A stretch of DNA of 64,000 nt, from contig OY776215.1 in the NCBI GenBank assembly GCA_963675495.1, positions 2,592,001-2,656,000 on the forward strand, given 5' to 3'. How positions within the stretch are numbered: the first letter of the stretch is position 1; each line of letters starts with the position of its first letter. The position numbers were made by a program, and so were the translations under genes. Under the pieces are notes generated by a model. The model was given only the letters and a program-made list of their open reading frames with translations. It was not told where the DNA came from and searched no databases. This DNA is from an uncultured Methanolobus sp. GTDB lineage: Archaea > Halobacteriota > Methanosarcinia > Methanosarcinales > Methanosarcinaceae. Positions 30,135 through 40,888 of the stretch are shown piece by piece.

Positions 30135-30863
30135 TCATTCCAGATATGGAGATTGTGCAAGTACTGACATACCATTGTCTGAAATGTTAAGTACGCGTAC
30201 TTCGTTTATTGTGCCGGACCCTCGCATCTTCATTATGTATATTGAGCGCTGAAGGTTGTTTCCTGATATAATACGACCCAGTTTAACGACTGAATCTGCA
30301 CCATATTCCACCATTTCATCAAGTCCGAACATTGCTCCGACTGTTATCACAGAGGTTACATTATGCTTTCTAAACACGCTGAATACGTCATCTATGAGCG
30401 TTCTTAACTTGTAATTTGATTCAATAGCAAGGAAAAGTGCTTCAATCGAGTCAATAAATATACGTGTTGGTTGTATGTCCTCTATTTTGCTTTCAACCAG
30501 TTTCTTAAAACTTTTGATTAGCTCAGATGGTGCAATCTCAACACTTTTCTGAAGGCGAAGACTTGGATCTGTGATATCTACAAAAGTGAGCAAACCCTGT
30601 TCAACATATTCCTCAAGATTCCAGTCAAAGGAGGTTTTCATCTCCTTGACAATGGATTTTGATTCTTCGGAGGTGATAATGCACATTACCTTTTCGCCTT
30701 TTTTTACTCCTTCGACTATGAACTGTGTCCCAAATATCGTTTTACCTGTACCAGAATCTCCTGATACGACATTTGCAGTTCCTTCGAAGAATCCTCCACG
30801 CAACATTTCATCCAGTCCGGGTATTCCGGAATTAACTCTCTCTGATGGGTCGGCATCTGTCAT
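30135..30863 (-). CDS. KaiC/RAD55-family RecA-superfamily ATPase
   Basis: SGIPGLDEML, GDSGTGKT, IFIDSI, MKMRGS. Confidence 0.9.
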   Translation of the reverse strand: MTDADPSERVNSGIPGLDEMLRGGFFEGTANVVSGDSGTGKTIFGTQFIVEGVKKGEKVMCIITSEESKSIVKEMKTSFDWNLEEYVEQGLLTFVDITDPSLRLQKSVEIAPSELIKSFKKLVESKIEDIQPTRIFIDSIEALFLAIESNYKLRTLIDDVFSVFRKHNVTSVITVGAMFGLDEMVEYGADSVVKLGRIISGNNLQRSIYIMKMRGSGTINEVRVLNISDNGMSVLAQSPYLE

Positions 30864-31165
30864 ATTAAACCACCTGTTAATGTATATTAAATATCTAATT
30901 TATAATCCCAAACATTTTGAATATAAGGCTTTGTTATATACTCTCACTCAAAAGTATATGATGATTATCATTGGTACTTTTTTGAATATAGTTTATTATG
31001 CCATCCTAATATAAAAAATCACGTATTTAATTTCATTCGCTTGCATTATTTACTCTACATGAATTCAAAAAGCAACTAGGCGTGAACTATTTGTATTATT
31101 GAAACCAAGTGCGTACTTATAAAAAAGATACCGAATGCTGTTTGTTTTATTTACGGAAGATCATT

Positions 31166-32410
31166 ATGAAATCAAGAATGGATTTGAACAAAGATAAACA
31201 AGAATTACTGGATGATCTGATTTCCGGCAAGATTTCTTTCCATAAACTGGATAGTCTGACGGATAAACAGACTGCTGTTATGATCAGGAGATATGCTCTT
31301 GAAGAAACTTCTGGATTTAATTTTGATCATATACAGAATTTCTCAATAGATGTTGAAGATGCAGGCAAAAAAAATATAGAGAACATGATCGGAGCTATTC
31401 AGATTCCCTTAGGGGTAGCTTCTCCGTTAAAAGTGAACGGTGAGTTTTCGGATGGTATATTCCAGATACCTCTGGCTACCACAGAAGGTGCTCTTGTTGC
31501 CAGTGTGAATCGTGGGTGTTCTGTTATTACAAGGGCCGGCGGCGCAAATGTGCGCATATTCCGTGATCTAATGACACGGGCTCCGGTGTTCAGGCTGGAG
31601 AATGTGGTGAGATCTAAAGAGTTTGCAGACTGGCTGCAGAATCCTGCTGTTCTTTCCCGGATGAAAACGAAAGCCTCTGAAACCACACGGTTTGGTGAGC
31701 TTGTGGATGTTCAGGTATTTGTTACAGGCAATACTGTCTATGTTCGCTTTTCCTACGATACTAAAGATGCTATGGGAATGAATATGGTGACGATTGCCAC
31801 GGATGCGGTTCTAAGTCTCATAAAGGATGAGTTCGGTGCTATTCCTGTGTCTCTTTCAGGTAATATGTGCACTGATAAGAAGCCCGCTGCAATAAATTCT
31901 ATACTTGGAAGGGGTAAAACCGTCGTTGCAGATGTGACTATACCTGCAGAACTTGTGGAGTCGCGTCTTAAGTGCAAACCTGAGACAATGGTGGAAGTGA
32001 ACTATCGCAAGAATCTCCTTGGTTCTGCTCGTGCAGGTTCGCTGGGATATAATGCGCATGCTGCAAATATCATAGCCGCAATGTACCTTGCCTGTGGTCA
32101 GGACCCTGCTCATGTTGTTGAAGGTAGTAGTGCTATAACTACGATGGAACTGACTAAATATGGCGAACTGTACTGCTCTGTTACTCTTCCTGCAATGGCT
32201 ATAGGTACTGTTGGAGGTGGCACAAATCTAGGCACACAGAGCGATTGCCTGAGGTTGCTGGGTGTAAAAGGCTCTGGAAATCCTCCAGGTTCTAATTCAA
32301 AAAAGCTTGCTGAAATAATTGCTTCTGCTGTACTTGCAGGTGAGATATCACTTGTAGGTGCACAGGCAGCCGGTCATTTGGCAAGGGCTCATGCAGAACT
32401 TGGAAGATAA
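31166..32410 (+). CDS. hmgA: HMG-CoA reductase (NADPH, class I)
   Basis: ENMIG, PLATTEGALVAS, DAMGMNM, GNMCTDKK, GTVGGGT; start approximate. Confidence 0.96.
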   Translation: MKSRMDLNKDKQELLDDLISGKISFHKLDSLTDKQTAVMIRRYALEETSGFNFDHIQNFSIDVEDAGKKNIENMIGAIQIPLGVASPLKVNGEFSDGIFQIPLATTEGALVASVNRGCSVITRAGGANVRIFRDLMTRAPVFRLENVVRSKEFADWLQNPAVLSRMKTKASETTRFGELVDVQVFVTGNTVYVRFSYDTKDAMGMNMVTIATDAVLSLIKDEFGAIPVSLSGNMCTDKKPAAINSILGRGKTVVADVTIPAELVESRLKCKPETMVEVNYRKNLLGSARAGSLGYNAHAANIIAAMYLACGQDPAHVVEGSSAITTMELTKYGELYCSVTLPAMAIGTVGGGTNLGTQSDCLRLLGVKGSGNPPGSNSKKLAEIIASAVLAGEISLVGAQAAGHLARAHAELGR

Positions 32411-32464
32411 GAATATCAAATAACCGTTACAAAGGGAATTTCTCTGTGTACCTTTGTAATAATT

Positions 32465-33187
32465 TTATTTTTTCTTGTCAAGGAAGTAAGCGATTGCAAA
32501 GAATCCAATTGCTACAAAAATAAGGACTATCCAGTTCGATTTTTTGCTGTTATCTATTTCCGGAATATCTAATTCATTTATTCCACTTTCTTCTGTTTGG
32601 TCAGGTGTGCTTGCCAGAAACATTTCGTCATTTTCATTTGAATCGGTATCTTGCATGATGTCAGATGTGAATACTCCATCTACACCGGTTATAGTAATTA
32701 CTGAATCAAATGTTGTTGTTGTCAATTCTTCTCCCAGATGATTTCCAAGCACGATGTTTGTGATTCTGATCTGACAGGGTCCATGGTTTGATCCTGCTTG
32801 GAGCTTGATCGTGCAGAAGATGCCTTCATTTTCCACGCCTTCTCCTCTTATAAGTGAACTATATATCTGTGAAACCGTTCCTGCTGATTTGTTAATGGTT
32901 CCTGGGTTGAATATTACTGGTGAATCACTACTTGCAAAAAAAATTCCTTCTTCAATGCTATTGATGGCTACAAGGGAGTTATCGTATGTAAGATCAAATT
33001 GCAAACCATAGATTGGTGTATCCGGTTCGATATAGACACCAAGTTCGAAAGTTTCCCCTGACCTCACTTCTTGTGCAGAAGGGATTATGCTGACACTTGT
33101 GGCTGCAATTGCCATTCCTGAAAAAAATACAAGGTATGCTGCGATAAAGATTGCACATATTGCAATCTTTGTAGTTGCTTTTCGCAT
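32465..33187 (-). CDS. Cohesin-domain cell-surface protein
   Basis: Signal peptide, GLQFDLTYD...IEEG...FNPGTIN cohesin-like pattern, acidic linker, C-terminal TM with KKK tail. Confidence 0.75.
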   Translation of the reverse strand: MRKATTKIAICAIFIAAYLVFFSGMAIAATSVSIIPSAQEVRSGETFELGVYIEPDTPIYGLQFDLTYDNSLVAINSIEEGIFFASSDSPVIFNPGTINKSAGTVSQIYSSLIRGEGVENEGIFCTIKLQAGSNHGPCQIRITNIVLGNHLGEELTTTTFDSVITITGVDGVFTSDIMQDTDSNENDEMFLASTPDQTEESGINELDIPEIDNSKKSNWIVLIFVAIGFFAIAYFLDKKK

Positions 33188-33202
33188 GTATGCTTCCCTG
33201 TT

Positions 33203-33406
33203 TTATTCTAGTTTAATTTTTGCTTTTTTCAGTAATTCGGAACATTCATCCATCTTTTCAGCTGCCAACTTTATATCGTCAGCTATTTCCTTGTAACCGG
33301 CAGCCTCTATTTTTTCAGACCACTCACTAAAACTCTTGCTGTGGCTGTCGTTGTGTTCTACCCAGTGTCCAATAAGGTGCTCAAGTTTTGGCTTATCAAG
33401 TTCCAT
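33203..33406 (-). CDS. Small helical His-rich hypothetical protein
   Basis: 67 aa with HWVEHNDSH motif; AGGAG RBS; between leuC-like and cohesin genes. Confidence 0.75.
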   Translation of the reverse strand: MELDKPKLEHLIGHWVEHNDSHSKSFSEWSEKIEAAGYKEIADDIKLAAEKMDECSELLKKAKIKLE

Positions 33407-33436
33407 TATAATATCTCCTGATATATTTTGTTATTT

Positions 33437-34678
33437 TTAAATTTCACGAGGGTCAGTTATCTCTCCGGTAAGTGCAGAGGCAGCTGCAGTAGCAGGTGAT
33501 GCAAGATAGATATAACCGCCGGTTCCCATTCTTCCTTTGAAGTTACGGTTGGCTGTTGATATGCAGACTTCGTCTTTGCCGATAACTCCCATATGGCCTC
33601 CAAGGCATGGTCCGCATCCTGGTGAACCAATCGTAACTCCAGCTTCCAGAAGAATCTCTATTGTGCCGTTTCTAACGGCCTCTGTTAGAATATTGCGTGA
33701 GGCAGGTATTACAATAGTCCTGATGGCAACCTTTTCTCCTTTGAGGATGGATGCGGCAACTTCAAGGTCTTCAAGTCTGCCATTGGTACAGGTTCCTATG
33801 AATGCCTGATCAAGTTTTGTAGGCTTGATGTCAGATATGTCGCTAACATTGTCCACCTGGTGGGGGATAGCAATCTGTGGCTCAATTTCCCTTGCATCGA
33901 AGTCGTATTCTTTTGAATAGACTGCATCCTCATCAGCGTAAACCGAATCGTATTCAACGGCTGCAATATCTTCAATAAAATCAAAGGTTGTCTTGTCAGG
34001 AGGAATTATGCCTGTTTTTGCTCCCATTTCAATTGCCATGTTAGAGAGGGTCATCCTGCCTGACATGGAAAGAGAGTCTATTGTGCTTCCATAGAACTCT
34101 GCAGCTTTGTAGGTTGCACCGGCAATTCCGAGGCTACCTATTATTTTGAGTGTAAGATCTTTTGAATATACTCCCTTGTTGAGCTTACCTTCAGCATTTA
34201 TTCTGATACTTTCAGGCACTTTGAACCATAGCTTTCCAGCTGCAAATATTTCTGCCATATCTGTAGCTCCCACACCGGTTCCAAATGCTCCGAATGCTCC
34301 GTAAGTGCAGGAATGTGAGTCTGCTCCAACGATGAGTTTACCTGGCAATGCAAATCCATTCTCCGGGAGCAATTGGTGGCATATACCTTCGCCTATATCG
34401 TAAAAGTTCTTGATGCCCTGATCTTTTATCCATCCACGGATATCATGTTGTAATGCGGCGGTAGTATCTGTATTTGCAGGTGTGAGGTGGTCAAATGGTA
34501 TAACTATTTTATCAGGGTTCCATACTTTCTTTTCTTCCATTTCCCTGAAAGCTCTTACAGCAAGGATGCTTGTTCCATCATGTGCCATGGCAAAATCTAC
34601 GTCGGCTATTACAAAATCGTTCGCATTCGTTCTTTTTCCTGATGCGCGGCTGAATATTTTTTCACTTATAGTGCTCAA
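33437..34678 (-). CDS. 3-isopropylmalate dehydratase/homoaconitase large subunit
   Basis: [47 protein letters not shown]; LeuC versus AksD not resolvable by eye. Confidence 0.92.
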   Translation of the reverse strand: MSTISEKIFSRASGKRTNANDFVIADVDFAMAHDGTSILAVRAFREMEEKKVWNPDKIVIPFDHLTPANTDTTAALQHDIRGWIKDQGIKNFYDIGEGICHQLLPENGFALPGKLIVGADSHSCTYGAFGAFGTGVGATDMAEIFAAGKLWFKVPESIRINAEGKLNKGVYSKDLTLKIIGSLGIAGATYKAAEFYGSTIDSLSMSGRMTLSNMAIEMGAKTGIIPPDKTTFDFIEDIAAVEYDSVYADEDAVYSKEYDFDAREIEPQIAIPHQVDNVSDISDIKPTKLDQAFIGTCTNGRLEDLEVAASILKGEKVAIRTIVIPASRNILTEAVRNGTIEILLEAGVTIGSPGCGPCLGGHMGVIGKDEVCISTANRNFKGRMGTGGYIYLASPATAAASALTGEITDPREI

Positions 34679-34836
34679 AAGATTAACTCCATTCGTGTGA
34701 CTGCGATAAGGGTGCATACAACATCTATTATTAACTTAAAATCTTCGATAGAAACAATTGTTTGTTGTAGGGTGATATAATGTTCCCTGTAAAAAAGAGT
34801 TTGTGCTGCTATTGGCAGCAAAAAGTAAAAAAGATA

Positions 34837-35211
34837 TTATGCAAGCCTTTTCAGCTTTTCAATGTTATTGAGGACATATCTGCTTTCCAGAAGGATCTTC
34901 TGTTCTATATTGAAAACAATTTGCTCAAGTGGGGTGATAAGTCTATAGAGTTTAACTGGTCTCCCCTTGCCTTCGGTTTTCTTTTCTTCTCTTATTTCCA
35001 CCCAGTTATTATCTTTGAGGTATCTCATTGCAATACTAACTTCAGGTTGCCTGAGGTTGGAGTTCTTCTCTATTTCGCGTGAGGTGATCTCTTCTCCACA
35101 GGAAAGACAGGCGAGGGTTAAGGCTACAGTTCTGTTTATGTTCAATTTTCTGAGCAACTCTACGATTTCATATTCTTTTTCACTCATACCACTGGGTTTT
35201 TTATCTCTCAT
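34837..35211 (-). CDS. Winged-helix transcriptional regulator (methanogen ArsR/MarR-like)
   Basis: SREIE...LRQPEVSIAM...KGRPVKLY. Confidence 0.85.
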   Translation of the reverse strand: MRDKKPSGMSEKEYEIVELLRKLNINRTVALTLACLSCGEEITSREIEKNSNLRQPEVSIAMRYLKDNNWVEIREEKKTEGKGRPVKLYRLITPLEQIVFNIEQKILLESRYVLNNIEKLKRLA

Positions 35212-35634
35212 GTGAAATCACCTGATTATGTGTAATAAATTTCTTTTTTGTTTTTTGACTTTCTGCCATTAAAAATACAACATTAGGTAACGTTTGTGTA
35301 ATGGTGTTTTTTGAAAGGCTTACCCTTTTCTTTGAAAGGTTAGTTTTGCAATTTTTTTAGTTGATAACAATTACTATTATAGCTCATTATAATATATTAA
35401 TATTTATTATATTAGAATGTTAAGTCTGAAACATCTATTTTGAATGATATATTATTGGCTATGTATGGGGCAGAGAATCAGATCCTTAGGTATAATAAGC
35501 GTAAGAAGTTTTCAAATTTTAATTAAATGTGTGTTTATATTAAGAGAAATATTCTGAATAAATTGTTATTTGGATTATAAAACTGTATACTCTGCAATAA
35601 TTTGAAATATCATTCAGAATTAGATATGATTATT

Positions 35635-35710
35635 TGGTGGGCCCGATGAGATTCACAACTCCGATGCCGCTTCGGAAGCGCGAATCGACGTGCATCGCTA
35701 CGCTCAGCAC
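35635..35710 (-). repeat. tRNA-Ile-derived structured repeat
   Basis: 35635-35654 is an exact 20-nt copy of the tRNA-Ile 3' end (35776-35795), joined to GC-rich hairpins. Confidence 0.8.
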
Positions 35711-35775
35711 CACAATAATAACAATAAAAACATAGTTAATCAATCAAAACCCGCATTAGAAAAGATAATTATTAA

Positions 35776-35852
35776 TGGTGGGCCCGATGAGATTCGAACT
35801 CATGGCCTCACGGTTATCAGCCGTGCGCTCTACCTAGCTAAGCTACGGGCCC
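35776..35852 (-). tRNA. tRNA-Ile(GAU), CCA encoded
   Basis: Reverse complement GGGCCCG...CACGG-CTGATAA-CCGTG...TTCGAAT...CGGGCCC-A-CCA. Confidence 0.97.
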
Positions 35853-36032
35853 ACATTGCTTATGTTTCACGCAACGCCTTCATCACGCGACACTCCAAAT
35901 ACGCACACAGGTACTTTAATATGTCGCTTGAAAACATGAATCATACCTTAATTTTTTTAGCATGATGAAAGTACATACAAGATTGCAGCGATAGCTTTAT
36001 GTCAGATAATGTGATGTAAGACTTGATATTTC

Positions 36033-36104
36033 GGGCTGGTAGATCAGGGGAAGATCGCTACCTTGGCATGGTAGAGGCCTCGGGTTCAATTCCCGACCAG
36101 TCCA
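36033..36104 (+). tRNA. tRNA-Ala(GGC)
   Basis: GGGCTGG/CCAGTCC acceptor stem with G3:U70, CTACC-TTGGCAT-GGTAG anticodon arm, TTCAATT T-loop. Confidence 0.96.
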
Positions 36105-36536
36105 TTGAATTATTTTTACAGTTTTATTGTTTTTGCTACATTTTATTATGTTTTTATTATATTTTTGTTGCATTTCTCGGTGCATTAACGTGTCCGAACA
36201 TATACATATCTCTTGATGCGTGCTGTGGGATTTGTTCATGAATCTTTATAGGACTTAGGTGCTTTTTTATGTGGTAGAGTGGGTTATCAAGTTCTCATTT
36301 AATGCCAAAGAACAATTATTTCATTAAAATCAATACATGAAATGGAATGCAGGGTTATTAAGGCATGTTTTTTGTGGGGTATGTGAAAAGACTGCATTTG
36401 CTGAGGGTGATATTAATATCGAAGCAATGATAAATGGCAGAATGCTGCATTCAGAAAATGTTCTGTCTATGGTAGCAAAGCTTACGTTTGGGATGTGGAA
36501 ATGTCACATCTTGAAGGGTAAAAGGAGTGTTGTAAC

Positions 36537-37355
36537 GTGCCATCATTGTACTTGATATCCTGCCGTATGTTTGAGGATGAACTCGTTCATATATTTGAAG
36601 AGGAAGATGGGAACACACGATTGATAATGATCGAGAACGAAAATATCGAAGTAATTAAGAAGAAACTAAATGATGTTTCCGTAAACTATGAAGTAATATC
36701 ATCCAATTACATGTCTTCAAAGCTCGGCCAGACGGATGATTTTTTAGTTGTCCTGAATATACTGGAGTTTGCACTGGATGCTGATCCTTCCCTTCTCAAA
36801 GATAAGGTCTACATGTCCATTGAAGAAATGGGAGATCTATTTGATGGTGTCCTCGTTTTTTATGGCCTTTGCGGCAACGTTCTTGGGTCACTTGAATCAG
36901 ACTTTGCTTATCTTGGGGTGCCAGTGAGGATTCTTAAAGATGCTCAGGGCAATATTGTGGATGATTGTATATGTGCTGCATTTGGGGACAGGAATGCCTA
37001 TGTGGCAGCTATGAAAGGTGAGCAAAGAGGTGAGGGGACATACTTCCTTACTCCAATGCAAGCAGCCAACTGGAAAGAAATGCTTGTCCTTGCAAAATTA
37101 ACCCCTGATCCCGATAATATCGAAATGACGAAAATGGTCTTTGATTACTCTGGCTACAAGCATGTTGGAAAGGTGGATACGGGTTTAAGTTACGAAAAAA
37201 AGTTCGATGAGACAGTTGATGAATTTGCCTCTCTCTTTGATTTTGAGAAAAAGCTATTTGCAGGTTCCACAAAAGTAGCAGATGAATGTTATTATTCTAT
37301 TAAAAAAGAGATTACTAACGGTTCTTCAATAGAGGGTGTCGCTAATAAGGACTAA
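36537..37355 (+). CDS. DUF1638 domain protein
   Basis: ISCRMFEDE, FYGLCGN, VDDCIC, GTYFLTP; AGGAG RBS before GTG. Confidence 0.82.
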   Translation: MPSLYLISCRMFEDELVHIFEEEDGNTRLIMIENENIEVIKKKLNDVSVNYEVISSNYMSSKLGQTDDFLVVLNILEFALDADPSLLKDKVYMSIEEMGDLFDGVLVFYGLCGNVLGSLESDFAYLGVPVRILKDAQGNIVDDCICAAFGDRNAYVAAMKGEQRGEGTYFLTPMQAANWKEMLVLAKLTPDPDNIEMTKMVFDYSGYKHVGKVDTGLSYEKKFDETVDEFASLFDFEKKLFAGSTKVADECYYSIKKEITNGSSIEGVANKD

Positions 37356-37659
37356 ACGGAGTGTACGGTAGTTTAAATTTTAATCAACCTGTTAAATAAT
37401 GGGGCTGAGGGTACTATTTACTAGTGTATACAAAGCAACATTTATGGAACAATATATATGTTCGATTATGTATATTACTTTTTAACCCATATGTGGAACA
37501 GTATTTATTTGAAAATACAGGTGAATTTATTTTGAGGTCTTTTCAGTAATCTTATATACCTTAAAGAATCACATCCGTATACTCATGAAAATTATTATTT
37601 ATAAATAAATATTACTTTTCCAATTATGAACCTGTAAATGAAATATAAGCGGTGGTCAT

Positions 37660-38196
37660 TTGAAAAAAATACTATTATTTGTTCTGTTGATATGTGTTCT
37701 CTTTGCATGTGGTTGTACTGAATCTGATGATTCTCCTACGGTTATGGCCGGGGATTACGTTTCTGTAAATTATACTGGTAGTCTTGAAGATGGGACTGTG
37801 TTCGATACTTCCAAAGCAGATGTTGCTATGGCAGAAAATCTTTACAATCCATATAGAAGCTACGAACCTTTGCCCTTTATAGCTGGTTCAGGCCAGATGA
37901 TCAAAGGATTTGATGATGCTGTAATGGGAATGGCAGCTGGTGAGAAGAAAACTGTTACAATACTTCCGGAAGATGGTTATGGTGCTTATTGCCCTGAACT
38001 TCTGATACCTGTGCCTGTAGATGAATTCCAATCTGCGAACATAACTCCTGTTATAGGCCAAAAAGTAACATATCAGAGCCAGCCTGTGACAATTGTCAAC
38101 ATCTCTGAGGAAAACGTCACTCTTGATTGTAATCATAACCTTGCAGGCAAAACCCTGATATTTGATATTGAATTGATCTCAATAGAAAAAGCCTGA
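37660..38196 (+). CDS. FKBP-type peptidyl-prolyl isomerase, predicted lipoprotein
   Basis: Signal with ACGC lipobox, VNYTGSLEDGTVFDTS, GQMIKGFD, NHNLAGKTLIF. Confidence 0.9.
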   Translation: MKKILLFVLLICVLFACGCTESDDSPTVMAGDYVSVNYTGSLEDGTVFDTSKADVAMAENLYNPYRSYEPLPFIAGSGQMIKGFDDAVMGMAAGEKKTVTILPEDGYGAYCPELLIPVPVDEFQSANITPVIGQKVTYQSQPVTIVNISEENVTLDCNHNLAGKTLIFDIELISIEKA

Positions 38197-38212
38197 GTAA
38201 AGTGGTCTGCTC

Positions 38213-38596
38213 ATGGAAAAAGAAGAAAGGATCGTTGTGGTCCTTCTATGCATGGCTGTTCTGTCTCTGACAATAGCTTACGCCACATTTTTTTCAGGTG
38301 ATGGTGACGGTGGTGTGGAGAGCTTCAGTTCTTCTTCACTGCCTGGTGAAAATGTTCGATTTGAGGGAGATGTGCTTTCAAAACGTTTTACTTATTCAGG
38401 TGGTCATCTTTTAATGGATGTTGATTATGGGTCAGGGGTAGTCAAAGTTTTTGTACCTTCAGCCAATGGTGCAAATGATGTGGACTCACAAATAGGTGAA
38501 AACGAACATGTGGTGATAGTTGGTATTGTGGAGGAGTATGAAGGTGAATTGGAAGTAGTGGTTCAAAATAGTGATGATATGACTCTTTTAAAGTAA
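38213..38596 (+). CDS. Membrane-anchored OB-fold protein
   Basis: N-terminal TM helix; VVIVGIVEEYEGELEV OB-fold-like pattern. Confidence 0.65.
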   Translation: MEKEERIVVVLLCMAVLSLTIAYATFFSGDGDGGVESFSSSSLPGENVRFEGDVLSKRFTYSGGHLLMDVDYGSGVVKVFVPSANGANDVDSQIGENEHVVIVGIVEEYEGELEVVVQNSDDMTLLK

Positions 38597-38661
38597 ATTG
38601 TTTTGACCATACATTAATTAGTCGCTAAAGATATATGCAAAAAATCACCTCATAGTAGAAT

Positions 38662-39822
38662 ATGAAAGCCTGTATAATGTGCGGTGGGGAAGGTACCAGA
38701 TTACGTCCGTTGACATTTGCTCGGCCAAAACCGAGCATTCCTATTTTAAATAAACCTTCAGTTGTTCATTTGATCGAACATCTGGCAAAGGAAGGTTTCA
38801 ATGATATCGTTATCACTCTGGGGTATATGGCTGAAAAGATCGAGGAGGAACTTGGTGATGGGCGCATATTCGGAGTTCATATTGATTATGTTTATGAAAA
38901 GGATAAACTAGGCACTGCAGGTGGTGTAAAAAATGCTGAAGAATACCTGCGTGACGAACCATTCATAGTACTTGGCGGAGATCATGTATTGAATCTGAAT
39001 CTCAGAGAAATGCACAGATTCCATGAAATGACTGATGCTCTTGTCACAATCGGGCTTTTATCCATTGATGATCCCCGGGAATTTGGTATAGCTGACATGG
39101 ATGTCAACAACAGGATTCGTCGTTTTCTTGAAAAGCCCGGTCCGGGTGAGATTTTCAGTAATCTTGCAAGCACTGGTATTTATGTATGTGACCCTGAGAT
39201 TTTTGACTGGATTCCGGCAAATACGAAATATGATTTTGCAAAGGACCTTTTCCCGGATATACTGGCTAAAAAGAGAAAGATACATGGTATTCTTGCAAGG
39301 GGCAGGTGGACGGATGTGGGAAGTCCTCAGGCTTACAGGCAGGCTCAGCGCTGGATGCTTGAAGCTCTACCTGGTACTACGATAGAAGGTCATTTCAAGA
39401 CAAAGGATGCTCGCATAAAAGGTCCGGTTTCTCTTGGTCATAATGTTTCAGTCGGTTCTAATTCTGCCATTGTAGGTCCTATTGTCATTGGGGAGAATAC
39501 GATGATTGGGGACAACGTCCTTATTGGTCCGTACACGACAATTGGGTCTAATTGCGTGATAAATAATGATTCAAGAATTCTTTCTTCCTATTTATTCAAT
39601 AATGTGCTTGTTGGTGAGAATTCGAATGTGTCCGGTTCTGTAATCGACAATGGTACAAAAATAGGAAATAATTGCAGCCTTGAAAATGGTACTGTTATTG
39701 GTCCTGCTGTTTTAATTGGGGATGATGTTACAGTTCATTCAGACGTGCGAATATGGCCTGAAATTACTATTCCGGCTAAGACCAGGGTCAAAGAAGATAT
39801 TCTTAACGAGTCTTATATTTAA
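38662..39822 (+). CDS. NDP-sugar synthase (mannose-1-phosphate guanylyltransferase-like)
   Basis: GGEGTRLRPLT...PK, LGTAG, FLEKP, WTDVG, hexapeptide repeats. Confidence 0.92.
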   Translation: MKACIMCGGEGTRLRPLTFARPKPSIPILNKPSVVHLIEHLAKEGFNDIVITLGYMAEKIEEELGDGRIFGVHIDYVYEKDKLGTAGGVKNAEEYLRDEPFIVLGGDHVLNLNLREMHRFHEMTDALVTIGLLSIDDPREFGIADMDVNNRIRRFLEKPGPGEIFSNLASTGIYVCDPEIFDWIPANTKYDFAKDLFPDILAKKRKIHGILARGRWTDVGSPQAYRQAQRWMLEALPGTTIEGHFKTKDARIKGPVSLGHNVSVGSNSAIVGPIVIGENTMIGDNVLIGPYTTIGSNCVINNDSRILSSYLFNNVLVGENSNVSGSVIDNGTKIGNNCSLENGTVIGPAVLIGDDVTVHSDVRIWPEITIPAKTRVKEDILNESYI

Positions 39823-39850
39823 TGCTTTCCTTGGTTAATGTGATCGGGAT

Positions 39851-40879
39851 ATGAACAAGATTAAAAAATGGGTTATAGTATCATTAATTATCAGCGTTGT
39901 TTCAGGTATAATTGTAGTACTTTTTACCTTTGACTCTGGGACTATTCATGCTTTAATGGGGATAAAGCCTGAATATATAATTGCTGCGGCAGTTATTCAT
40001 GCTATGACCTATGTGATCTGGGGCATGCGGACACGTTCTCTCTGTAAGGCTTTGGGCTATAATGTAAGCTATATTAAGTCATTTGAGATTGTAACTTCCG
40101 CAACTCTGGCAGCATCAATTACGCCTTCATCTCTTGGGGGTGAACCTCTTCGGATCCACTTGCTTCATGGTCAGAAAATGCCTTTGGGAAAAGCCACTGC
40201 AGTGGTTCTAGGGGAACGGGTGCTTGATGGTATTCTGATTCTTACACTTGCTCCATTTTCCATCTATGTTATACGTGGTGTTCTAAGCGATTCGGTGTTT
40301 GATTTTATGTTTATTTTTGCAGAAGCAGGGCTGATGTTCATACTTTTTCTTACATTGTATGCTATCTGGAGACCAGGGCCTACTAAAAAGGTTGTATACT
40401 TCTTTGTGCATCGGCTGGCACCAATTTTAGGCAAAAAAAAGGACAATGTTCTCGATAGTATTATTGAAAGGGTTGATTCAGAGCTTGAGCATTTCCATGG
40501 AAGTATTTCTGTATTGCTAAATGAAGGTAGGAAAGGTCTTGCTTTTGGGATATTTCACACTCTTGCTTTCTGGTTTGTCGACTTTTCAATGCTCTATGTA
40601 ATATTAATAGGCTTGAACCAGCATCCTGATCCTGTTCTTGTTTTCGCTTCACAAGTTATCACAATGATCATAATTCTCATACCGGCTACTCCTGGCGGCA
40701 GCGGAATTGCGGAATTTGCTGGAACGACACTATTTTCCTTGTTTGTGTCTTCTTCTGTTCTTGGGATTGCAGTTATTGCATGGAGGGCATTCACATTCTA
40801 TATGAATATCCTGGTAGGTGGATTTGTCAGCTTCAAAATATTGAAAGATACTGATTTCATCAAAAAGTATCTGAATTAA
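39851..40879 (+). CDS. Flippase-like UPF0104 membrane protein
   Basis: TPSSLGGEP, ERVLD, PATPGGSGIAE, WRAFTFY. Confidence 0.88.
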   Translation: MNKIKKWVIVSLIISVVSGIIVVLFTFDSGTIHALMGIKPEYIIAAAVIHAMTYVIWGMRTRSLCKALGYNVSYIKSFEIVTSATLAASITPSSLGGEPLRIHLLHGQKMPLGKATAVVLGERVLDGILILTLAPFSIYVIRGVLSDSVFDFMFIFAEAGLMFILFLTLYAIWRPGPTKKVVYFFVHRLAPILGKKKDNVLDSIIERVDSELEHFHGSISVLLNEGRKGLAFGIFHTLAFWFVDFSMLYVILIGLNQHPDPVLVFASQVITMIIILIPATPGGSGIAEFAGTTLFSLFVSSSVLGIAVIAWRAFTFYMNILVGGFVSFKILKDTDFIKKYLN

Positions 40880-40888
40880 AAAAGCTAC

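Noticed and set aside
35690-36241. ORFs 35690-35965, 35997-36239 and 36023-36241
   Set aside because: They overlap tRNA-Ile and tRNA-Ala genes
36337-36555. 72-aa ORF with one CxxC upstream of DUF1638
   Set aside because: No RBS or family motif and it overlaps the DUF1638 start; likely promoter/leader DNA
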